From positions 20,379 to 84,378 of the forward strand of contig JAJZRL010000001.1 in assembly GCA_021802705.1 (NCBI GenBank): a stretch of 64,000 bases of DNA. Reading direction: 5' to 3'. Both the position numbers and the translations under genes were made by a program. The DNA is from a bacterium. GTDB lineage: Bacteria > Patescibacteriota > Minisyncoccia > Phycocordibacterales > Phycocordibacteraceae. Within the stretch, counting starts at the first letter, position 1. Every line of letters starts with the position of its first letter. The notes under the pieces are model-generated. The model was not told where the DNA came from and made no database searches. It saw only the letters and a list, made by a program, of their open reading frames with translations. Shown here piece by piece: positions 56,552-64,000 of this stretch.

Positions 56552-57706
56552 ATGGTTCTATTGCTATCACTGCTTCTAGCGTTTGCCGTACTCGCCATGA
56601 TGGTCCCGGGAATCCTTTTCTTCCTGCAGTGGCTTGCGGAGGAGAATATCCTCTTCACCACCGTGAAGGAAGGTACCGCGAAGGCCATCGTGCGCAGTAC
56701 GCGCGGCAACTCTTCGTTCAGCCGCCTCATCATGTCCTTCGCCGGATATCATCTGAATGCTTCGAAGAGCACATGGTATCGCGACGGATTTCCCGACTGG
56801 GAAGTCCTTTACCACGGCAAAGGTAATGGGAACGGATTCCCCGAAACTGACGATGAACATTATGACCGCCGATCGCGGCTGCTGAAGCATCTCGGCTTAT
56901 ACTGGGTCGGATGGCCCTGGGCCGAAAGCGTGTACGTGTATCAGTTCGAGTGGAACGAGACCTACACGAACGATCAGGGGAAAGAGGAGGTGCTTCCGCG
57001 CGCCAAAGCGACCGATTTCATCTATATCGCCGATTTCACCTATGCCATCGTAACGGAAGGCGCCGAAACAAAGGATCGTCTTTCGACCGACGAGCTCACG
57101 CTCGTGACGGTCGCGATACGGAATCCCTACCGTGCGCTTTTCAGCGGAGAAGATTGGATGCGGCGTATCACGGCCGCGATCAATCGCCATGTCCGGAATT
57201 TTGTCGGGAATCAAGTCTACAAAGACCTCATCTCCTCGACAGATTGGACGGCGTTCTCCGCTCCCGTTATCGAGCTCAATGCAAAACTGCCGGACGACAA
57301 GGACGGCACTTCTCCTTGCGGATTGCTCGGCCGGTACGGCGTAGAGATACGCACGGCCGACCTGCAGACCATCGAGCTCTCCGGAGAAGGAAAGAAACAG
57401 CATCAAGAAGCCGCGACGAGAGAATATGTCGCGGGACAGAATGCGGAAGCGGAACGCATCCTCGGGAGAGCGAAGGCGGATGTCGTCGAAATGATGGGAG
57501 AAAAAGAGGCCTCTGCCCTTCACAAACGGCTGGAGGTTATCAAGGAACACGGCCGCGCCGGCGAGCTCCTCGCTCAGCTTGATGCAATACAGGAGTCTTC
57601 AAAAGGGGCAGGCAACACGATCGTATGGGCGAATAATCCGTTCGTGGCGCTTGCAGAAACTTTGAAATCCGGGAGATCCGAAACGAAAGAAGGAGGTGAG
57701 AAATGA
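56552..57706 (+). CDS. SPFH/band-7-like membrane protein
   Basis: N-terminal transmembrane helix, FTTVKEGTAKAIV, GLYWVGWP, YGVEI and an Ala/Glu coiled tail; AGGAG Shine-Dalgarno. Confidence 0.65.
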   Translation: MVLLLSLLLAFAVLAMMVPGILFFLQWLAEENILFTTVKEGTAKAIVRSTRGNSSFSRLIMSFAGYHLNASKSTWYRDGFPDWEVLYHGKGNGNGFPETDDEHYDRRSRLLKHLGLYWVGWPWAESVYVYQFEWNETYTNDQGKEEVLPRAKATDFIYIADFTYAIVTEGAETKDRLSTDELTLVTVAIRNPYRALFSGEDWMRRITAAINRHVRNFVGNQVYKDLISSTDWTAFSAPVIELNAKLPDDKDGTSPCGLLGRYGVEIRTADLQTIELSGEGKKQHQEAATREYVAGQNAEAERILGRAKADVVEMMGEKEASALHKRLEVIKEHGRAGELLAQLDAIQESSKGAGNTIVWANNPFVALAETLKSGRSETKEGGEK

Positions 57707-58485
57707 ACGTGCTCTTGGCACTTTCCGTGGTGCTTATCATCCCGCTCGCCTTTGTCGTCATGCTCGTCATCATTCGGACGGGAAGGCCGCACTCCAGGAA
57801 GATGGCCGAAGAGCAAGGGCATCTGAACGTGAAAATAGGAGGGAGCAGCAATAGGGCCGCATACCCTCCTTCAACAGAGGGTTACGGTAAAGGGCTCAAA
57901 TGGTTTGGCGCGTGGCTCAAAAAGCTCGGCTCAAACCTGTGGTTTACGCTACTTGTCATCGCAGGTTGCGTGATCGCATACGAAGGGCTCTACGGCTCGG
58001 CTATAAAGAGCCCGCGGCCGAGCGAAGTCGGGATCTGGAGCTGGCAGCACTGGCTTCCGCTCCTTATCTTTTGGGGTATCCTTGCCACTCTCATCGCGCT
58101 TGGCGCGACGAAAGAGTGGAAGAAGACGCTCCAGAAGACAGTGGCGGCCGTCATGCTGACGCTTCTCGCGGGAGCCCTCATCATGAGCGGCGGACCTGCG
58201 GCGGTAGTCACCAGTGCAATGCCTTATCGCGACAACGTCGTCGGAAACCCGGGAGTGCTGATCATACCGCCGAAAGGAAGATCGAAGCTCGTCTCTGTTC
58301 CGCCTGGAACGCGTCTCGTGATGGTCGGAGAGGGGTTTGTCAACCATACCGTGTACAGTGATGGCCGCGATTGCGCTTTTGACGGGAACCCGTGTCCAAA
58401 CGGCGACGTCGTGGGGAGTTATGCGGTAAACGAAACGAACGAGACAAATACCGTTTCGTATACTTTCGCTCCAATCTACCCGTAG
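57703..58485 (+). CDS. Hypothetical multi-pass membrane protein
   Basis: ATGA overlap with the upstream gene, GGAGGTG Shine-Dalgarno, about 4 transmembrane helices. Confidence 0.7.
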   Translation: MNVLLALSVVLIIPLAFVVMLVIIRTGRPHSRKMAEEQGHLNVKIGGSSNRAAYPPSTEGYGKGLKWFGAWLKKLGSNLWFTLLVIAGCVIAYEGLYGSAIKSPRPSEVGIWSWQHWLPLLIFWGILATLIALGATKEWKKTLQKTVAAVMLTLLAGALIMSGGPAAVVTSAMPYRDNVVGNPGVLIIPPKGRSKLVSVPPGTRLVMVGEGFVNHTVYSDGRDCAFDGNPCPNGDVVGSYAVNETNETNTVSYTFAPIYP

Positions 58486-58509
58486 TTCCTTCGGATGATC
58501 TTTGAACGC

Positions 58510-58546
58510 AAAGACCGCACAGCAACTGTGCGGTCTTTTTCTTTTT
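58510..58546 (+). terminator. Intrinsic terminator
   Basis: AAAGACCGCACAG-CAA-CTGTGCGGTCTTT followed by a T-tract. Confidence 0.8.
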
Positions 58547-58565
58547 CCTGCTTACAGGCCGTTTC

Positions 58566-58856
58566 TTACGGCGAAGCGGTAGTAGAGGGGGGCGAAAACT
58601 TTTGTATCGGCGGAAGATTGAAGGAACCGAGAACGGTATTGACGATGCCGTATGCGCCGAAGATTATCACGAGCCCGATGATGCCCCAGAGGATAGCCCG
58701 TCGGCCGCTCCTGCGCTTTTCTTCGTCCCCGGCATTCGCAATGAACTCGAACACTCCCCAAACGAATACGACGAACGCGCCACCGGCTAAGAGAAGGATG
58801 ATCGGATTGACGATCTGCGTAACGACGTTTGCGAGAAACGCGTTAAGAACGGACAT
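58566..58856 (-). CDS. VirB2/TrbC-like pilin
   Basis: FVVFVWGV...GRRAILWGIIGLVII pilin hairpin. Confidence 0.8.
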   Translation of the reverse strand: MSVLNAFLANVVTQIVNPIILLLAGGAFVVFVWGVFEFIANAGDEEKRRSGRRAILWGIIGLVIIFGAYGIVNTVLGSFNLPPIQKFSPPSTTASP

Positions 58857-59236
58857 TACGGCTTGACTTGTACACCCGTCTGCGGTGTTCCGCCAGTCGG
58901 TCCGGTGTTATTTCCGAACGTAACGGTTCCCGTAAGGATATTCACGAGACCCCAGATCGAAACCATGACAAAGAAACCGATAAGACCCCAGAGCATGAGG
59001 TTCTTCCCTTTCTCTTTCACTTCTCCGGAATTCGCGCCGAGAATAAAAGTAGTGAATGCACCCCACAGGAAGACGATGAATGCCACCGCGAAAAGCACCG
59101 GGACAATGACATTATTGATCAGGTTGATTACGAACGACCCGACGTCGGAGACATTGCTCAGCGTCTGCGCCGATGAAATGAGCGGCAAGGCGAATGCGGA
59201 AAGCGTTAGCGAAGTAAATGCGAGGACTTTTTTCAT
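58856..59236 (-). CDS. VirB2/TrbC-like pilin with signal peptide
   Basis: MKKVLAF...SSAQ signal; FIVFLWG...GKNLMLWGLIGFFVMVSIWGLVNIL. Confidence 0.82.
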   Translation of the reverse strand: MKKVLAFTSLTLSAFALPLISSAQTLSNVSDVGSFVINLINNVIVPVLFAVAFIVFLWGAFTTFILGANSGEVKEKGKNLMLWGLIGFFVMVSIWGLVNILTGTVTFGNNTGPTGGTPQTGVQVKP

Positions 59237-59316
59237 AAAGTGAATAAACGGATAATGGTGTAATTGTAACTTCCCTACACTGCCGGTCAACGGCGAGCCG
59301 GTGACCGTGTGGATAA

Positions 59317-59622
59317 CTAAAGCGTCGGATAGGCCGGCGCCGATCCGCCGGGGGAAAGATTGAGCGTGCTGCCGACGATGCCGACGAGCCCCCACACCGA
59401 CAGGATGACGACGAAACCGATGACGCCATAAAGGATAAATTTCCTACCCGTAGCGCGTTCGGTATCGCTCGCCGCGCCCAGGAAAAAATACCGGTACACG
59501 CCGAGGAAAAAGGTGAAGAGCGCGAGCGCCATCAAGATGGGCATCAGGATGCCGTTGATGATGTTCACGATGCTTGTGGCGTACCCTTGCAGGTATATCG
59601 TGTTGATGCCGGTAGTACCCAT
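59317..59622 (-). CDS. VirB2/TrbC-like pilin
   Basis: FTFFLGV...GRKFILYGVIGFVVILSVWGLV. Confidence 0.8.
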   Translation of the reverse strand: MGTTGINTIYLQGYATSIVNIINGILMPILMALALFTFFLGVYRYFFLGAASDTERATGRKFILYGVIGFVVILSVWGLVGIVGSTLNLSPGGSAPAYPTL

Positions 59623-59647
59623 AATTTGAATCGCGTTATTCTGCTAA

Positions 59648-60130
59648 TCAATACGACGTTGGGAGCGGCGGCGCGCTGTAACCGGCGAGCCCGAAGGTAT
59701 TCGCAACCACGTTTACGAGGCCCCACAAAGACACCATCACGACGAAACCGATGATGCCCCAGAGGATAAGCTTGTGTCCGCGCTCTGTTTTCGCCGGATC
59801 GCCGCGGGAAAAGATGTACGCATCAGCGACACCGAAAAGAAACACGAGAAAGGCGATCGCGAAAAGAAGAGGGACCAGGACGGAGTTGATGATCGCGAGG
59901 ATGGTGACCGCAACCTGGCAGATATTATTCGAGCCGCAGGCAAAGGCGTTCGTCCCCGCTCCCGACCCCCATCCGATCTGGAAATTCCCGTTATTGAAGT
60001 AGAAGCCGTTTGATGAAAAAGACGTATAGGAACCCGGACTGGAGATGGTAACGCCTGCAAACGCGAAAGACGGTGACACAAACACTATGACCGCTATAAG
60101 GAAGGAGACGGATCGTGCGACTGATTTCAT
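59648..60130 (-). CDS. VirB2/TrbC-like pilin with signal peptide
   Basis: FLVFLFGV...GHKLILWGIIGFVVMVSLWGLVNV. Confidence 0.8.
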   Translation of the reverse strand: MKSVARSVSFLIAVIVFVSPSFAFAGVTISSPGSYTSFSSNGFYFNNGNFQIGWGSGAGTNAFACGSNNICQVAVTILAIINSVLVPLLFAIAFLVFLFGVADAYIFSRGDPAKTERGHKLILWGIIGFVVMVSLWGLVNVVANTFGLAGYSAPPLPTSY

Positions 60131-60152
60131 ATACGGAAAGTATGACACGGTC

Positions 60153-60422
60153 TTATGGCGATGGCGCAATGCCGAGCGTGGATAACATGATATTCACGAC
60201 CCCCCAGATAGCAAAGAGCAGCACCATGGCGAGAATACCCCATAGGATGAAATAGCGCCCCTCTTTCCGTTTCACTTCATTCCCGCCGTTAAGGAAGAAG
60301 TGGTCGACGACGCCCCAGATGAAAGCGATGAATGCGAACGCAAAGATGACCGGTATCACAACCGTATTGAAGACGCCGATGATGCCGGTCGTTCCGTTTC
60401 CGACGAACTGGGCGAAAGTCAT
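60153..60422 (-). CDS. VirB2/TrbC-like pilin
   Basis: FIAFIWGV...GRYFILWGILAMVLLFAIWGVVNI; start MTFAQ chosen. Confidence 0.78.
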   Translation of the reverse strand: MTFAQFVGNGTTGIIGVFNTVVIPVIFAFAFIAFIWGVVDHFFLNGGNEVKRKEGRYFILWGILAMVLLFAIWGVVNIMLSTLGIAPSP

Positions 60423-60423
60423 A

Positions 60424-61224
60424 TCAACTGCCGACCGAAAGCGCCTGCACGGTCGCCTGGATGCCAAGCGCTATAGCCTCCGCGCCAAGAAGGATCAGGG
60501 CGCCGATGAGCGTATAGAGAAGCGCTCGCCTCGCCTCGCTTATCTTCCCCGGTTCGCCGCGTGCGACAATAAAAAGGAATCCGACGTAGACGAGCATGAA
60601 GATGACGATGATGGAGCCTATCTGCACGACAAACTGCAAGATGTCATTTAGAAGCGCGGGGAGGCTCGTACCGGCGCCAAGCGGATTGATAAGAGTAACA
60701 TTCTGCCCGGTGTTGCCGCCGCTCGATTGCGAGGAATTTCCGCCGCTCGATTGAGTCGTCGGCGATGGCGTGGACGGCGTATAAGCTGAACAGTAAAGAG
60801 ATCCGAATGCGGATTGGCATATGCCCGTAGTCCCGCTGCTCGTCACGCAGGAGGCGCCGATACTTGTGCACGTTGTCTGCGAAACTGAACCCGAGAGCGT
60901 GGTGAAAGACGCGCAGTAAAGAATCCCATTGGACGACTGGCACACGCCGGCAGCCCCGCTGCTCGTGGTGCACGAGTCGCCGGCGTTCATACACAAGGAG
61001 GACGTATTGCTGTTTGAGGTATTGCCTCCTCCTGATGACGAAGGGGACTGTGCCGGAAGGCAGACGTTTGCAGGATTGAGCGCGTTATCGCTTCCGCAGA
61101 CGCCCGATGCGCAGGCGCTGTTTGATATACAGGGTGTGCCGACGTCTTGATACCCCGCAAATGCCACCGGAGCAAACGCTAAAAAAGCGAAGAGGACGAA
61201 GGAGGCGGAACGTGAGGTTGCCAT
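60424..61224 (-). CDS. Pilin with N-terminal Cys-rich repeats
   Basis: Signal peptide, three Cys-rich modules, then LINPL...VYVGFLFIVARG...ARRALLYTLIG. Confidence 0.78.
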   Translation of the reverse strand: MATSRSASFVLFAFLAFAPVAFAGYQDVGTPCISNSACASGVCGSDNALNPANVCLPAQSPSSSGGGNTSNSNTSSLCMNAGDSCTTSSGAAGVCQSSNGILYCASFTTLSGSVSQTTCTSIGASCVTSSGTTGICQSAFGSLYCSAYTPSTPSPTTQSSGGNSSQSSGGNTGQNVTLINPLGAGTSLPALLNDILQFVVQIGSIIVIFMLVYVGFLFIVARGEPGKISEARRALLYTLIGALILLGAEAIALGIQATVQALSVGS

Positions 61225-61226
61225 TT

Positions 61227-62531
61227 TTATCGCAAGAGCGGATTGAGAGCGTTTTCAGCAGAAATAAGCGCAACATTCAGAGTCGAACCGCCGCTTATCA
61301 CGCTTCCAATCATACTTGAGAAAACGCGATCCGTATCCCCTGGCGTTGGGGACAACCATCCGTTCGCGTAAAGCGCTTCGGCATAAGAAACTGCCGCGAC
61401 AGGATCATTCGAGGGGATGGTCGCGAGCGCACTTAGGGTTGCCGGCGCGAGCCCTGTCGCAGCGGCAGCGACGTTTTGTCCGGGAGTGCTCGTAAGGAGG
61501 AGCGCTGCCTGATACGCTCCCGCCGGATTTTTAGCGCCGCGCGGGATCATAAAAGCGTAGACAAGACCGTAGGCGCTCTTTACGGGAGCCGTGGCCGGTT
61601 GCGGCAGAGGAGTCACGTTGAAATCGAGGTTCGGATTCGCCGCGCTCAGGAAGCGCGCTTCCGAAGCGAAGCCGAGATACAGTGCGAGGTCGCCCGAAAG
61701 GAAGGCCTGTTGCGAATCCGGCAACGAGGGATTCCAGGTATAAGAAACCTTCGAGGGATCGGCAAACTGCGTATAGAAGCCGAGTACGGCCTGCCCCGGG
61801 GGGACCGTGCTTGAATTTGCCTGACCGAGGTTTGCGGAAAGGATGTCGTTACCCGTATACGAAGAGATCGGTACGCCCTCCTGGAGGAAGAGGGCGGAAA
61901 GTATGCCGCGAGCGTCATGTACGTTGTCGTATGTCCCAAGAGCGATGAGACCGCGGGTAACCTGTTGCGTCGGGGTGAGAAGCGCGACCTGCGGCACGAG
62001 ACCCGTCAGCGCCTCCCACGTCGAAGGCGGGCTCGCGATACCGTCGGAAGAAAGGATGGAACGGTTCGAGAAAAGAACGAGCGGATCGACGAGGAACGGG
62101 ATGCCGTAATAACCGGCGCCGCCCGGTATGGTGAAAAGGTTCCCTTCTCCGACGAAGGAGCTCTGGAACGTGTGTACCGAAAGCGAAGAGAACGGTATCG
62201 GAACGATGAATTTCTTGAGCGAAAGCAGGTCCTCTTGCGAGGAGAGGATGAGGTCGGGCGCATTGCCGGTCGCTATCGCGGTGGCGAGGTCGGTTGAGAG
62301 CGTTTCGGGGTCCTTCTGCACGTACGAGATGTTCTTGAACGCGGTATTGGACTTCGTCGCGCTCGTGAGGACAGCGTCCATGCCGCTCTTCGGCAGCGTC
62401 CCCCATATGACGACATTGCCGACGGTATTGTTGGTGCTATGGCTCGTATAGGTCGCGAAGATGAAAAGACCGATAAGGGCGCTCACGCCGAAAGCGCCGA
62501 ATAAGATACTTTGGAATAAAGATATTTTCAT
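61227..62531 (-). CDS. Extracellular solute-binding protein (family 1-like), membrane-anchored
   Basis: VVIWG, ATGNAPDL, YGIPF.VDPLVLF.N, AFLSGDLALY and PLPQ motifs. Confidence 0.8.
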   Translation of the reverse strand: MKISLFQSILFGAFGVSALIGLFIFATYTSHSTNNTVGNVVIWGTLPKSGMDAVLTSATKSNTAFKNISYVQKDPETLSTDLATAIATGNAPDLILSSQEDLLSLKKFIVPIPFSSLSVHTFQSSFVGEGNLFTIPGGAGYYGIPFLVDPLVLFSNRSILSSDGIASPPSTWEALTGLVPQVALLTPTQQVTRGLIALGTYDNVHDARGILSALFLQEGVPISSYTGNDILSANLGQANSSTVPPGQAVLGFYTQFADPSKVSYTWNPSLPDSQQAFLSGDLALYLGFASEARFLSAANPNLDFNVTPLPQPATAPVKSAYGLVYAFMIPRGAKNPAGAYQAALLLTSTPGQNVAAAATGLAPATLSALATIPSNDPVAAVSYAEALYANGWLSPTPGDTDRVFSSMIGSVISGGSTLNVALISAENALNPLLR

Positions 62532-63064
62532 GGGGCAGTAAAGATGATGCCGTAATGGTGCGGCCCTGCGCGAAATGACTTCACCTTATGGAAACCGCCG
62601 TTAATAAAGAGATCCTCGGCTTCGTGTTCGGAAACGACCTTGTCGGACGCCGGCCCCATGCCGCCGTAACTGCCGGCCCAATCGACGAGCATGAGCTTGC
62701 CGTCCGGTTTTAACACGCGTTTTATTTCTTCAAGAAGGCCCAGGCGGTTCTCGATCTGGAAAAGCGTATTGGCAAGGATGATCGCGTCAAGCGTATCGTC
62801 GCGCAGGTGCGTACCGCCGGGTTTTTCGATATCACCCCAGAGCGTCTCGATGACATGCCGATGATGGTCATGCGTATTGAGCTTCAGGTGCTTGAGAACG
62901 TCTTCCTGCACGTCGACCGCATAGACTTTTCCGCTTTCTCCGACGATGCCGGCTGCCGCGCGCGCATAATGGCCGCTGCCGGCGCCGAAATCACCAACCT
63001 TCATGCCTTCGTGTAGCCCGAGCTGCAGCACATTCTCACGCGGGTCGCTGAAATGGGCACTCAT
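62528..63064 (-). CDS. Class I SAM-dependent methyltransferase
   Basis: VGDFGAGSG, VYAVDVQ and RVLKPDG motifs. Confidence 0.88.
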   Translation of the reverse strand: MSAHFSDPRENVLQLGLHEGMKVGDFGAGSGHYARAAAGIVGESGKVYAVDVQEDVLKHLKLNTHDHHRHVIETLWGDIEKPGGTHLRDDTLDAIILANTLFQIENRLGLLEEIKRVLKPDGKLMLVDWAGSYGGMGPASDKVVSEHEAEDLFINGGFHKVKSFRAGPHHYGIIFTAP

Positions 63065-63143
63065 GATTCTTATAAAATACCACAGGTAAATCGCGCTAGC
63101 GCCGCGAAATCAACATGTGAGCGATTCAGACGAGAATGACGTT

Positions 63144-63998
63144 TTACAACGCCGCCATCGAGGCGATACTGTCGCCTTCGTAAAGCTTCATCACGCGGAC
63201 GCCCTGGGTCGCGCGGGAAAGCTGGGAGATTTCCGCTACGCTCGTGCGGATCACCTGCCCTTTTTTCGAGACCACGACAATCTCGTCGCTATCGTTTTTA
63301 TCGTTCACCACTTTCGCACCGATGATCTCACCGGTCTTCGTTGTGACCTCGGCGGTCTTCACGCCCGAGCCGCCGCGGCCTTGTACCTTGTATTCGGAGA
63401 GCGCCGTGCGCTTGCCATAGCCTTTGCTCATGATGACGAGAAGCGAAGAATGGCCGGCTTCTTCCGCCTTGATGACTTCGGCAGAAACGACGCGATCCCC
63501 TTTCCTGACCGCCATGCCCTTCACGCCGCCTGCGGTGCGGCCCATCTCGCGCACGTCTTCGACCGAGAACCGGATCGACTGCCCTTTCGCCGACACGATC
63601 GAAACCGTATCGCCTTCCGTCGCGAGATTCGCGGAAACGAGCCTGTCCGAACCCTTGAGATTGATCGCGATGATGCCCGAGCGGCGCACGTCGGCGAAAG
63701 ACTTTGCCGCGACGCGCTTCACCACGCCGCCTTCCGTCACGAAGACGACCGATGCCGCGTCGAGCGCCGCGCCTTTCGGAACCGGTAGGATCGAAGTTAC
63801 CTTCTCGTCAGACGCGAGCGAAAGGAAGTTCATGATGCTCTTGCCCTTGGTGGCGCGGCGACCTTCAGGAAGCTCGTACATCTTGAGCTGGTATGCCTTG
63901 CCGAAGTCGGTAAAGAAGAGGAGGTCGCTATGCGCCGAAGCGACAAGGAAGTGCGTAACGACGTCTTCTTCCTTGGTTGCGATATCAACGACGCCTAC
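63144..63998 (-). CDS. gyrA: DNA gyrase subunit A, C-terminal beta-pinwheel; runs off the window end
   Basis: Repeats GRRATKG, GRTAGGVKG, QGRGGSGV and SRATQGV; frame open to the window edge. Confidence 0.92.
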   Translation of the reverse strand, partial: VGVVDIATKEEDVVTHFLVASAHSDLLFFTDFGKAYQLKMYELPEGRRATKGKSIMNFLSLASDEKVTSILPVPKGAALDAASVVFVTEGGVVKRVAAKSFADVRRSGIIAINLKGSDRLVSANLATEGDTVSIVSAKGQSIRFSVEDVREMGRTAGGVKGMAVRKGDRVVSAEVIKAEEAGHSSLLVIMSKGYGKRTALSEYKVQGRGGSGVKTAEVTTKTGEIIGAKVVNDKNDSDEIVVVSKKGQVIRTSVAEISQLSRATQGVRVMKLYEGDSIASMAAL

Positions 63999-64000
63999 GC

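Overview
The window looks like chromosomal DNA from a Patescibacteria (CPR) bacterium, probably Parcubacteria. This is inferred from the VirB2/TrbC-like pilin arrays, a VirD4-like ATPase, short IF-2, UvrC and RelA proteins, and -10 boxes sitting directly on start codons. The backbone carries uvrA/B/C, tgt, ddl, dnaX, dus, serS, dprA, topA, a RelA/SpoT homologue, parB, ahpC, miaA, rpmG, clpB, an IscS-like gene, infB, rbfA, partial gyrA and pip, and 13 tRNA genes. The most notable accessory locus (about 34.1-36.7 kb) is a candidate RiPP cluster: a 51-aa Arg-rich precursor, an RRE-ThiF/MccB-like adenylyltransferase and an RRE-arginase, with a RimJ/L-type GNAT nearby. Other notable features are a NirK whose type-1 Cu axial Met is replaced by Gln, palindromic DNA elements in frame inside uvrC, topA and miaA, two tRNA-Pro genes with G8/G14 instead of U8/A14, a pilin-transglycosylase fusion, a six-gene pilin array, and palindromic bidirectional leaderless promoters. 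No rRNA, CRISPR array, integrase or transposase was seen. All family assignments come from motif recognition by eye; no database searches were run.
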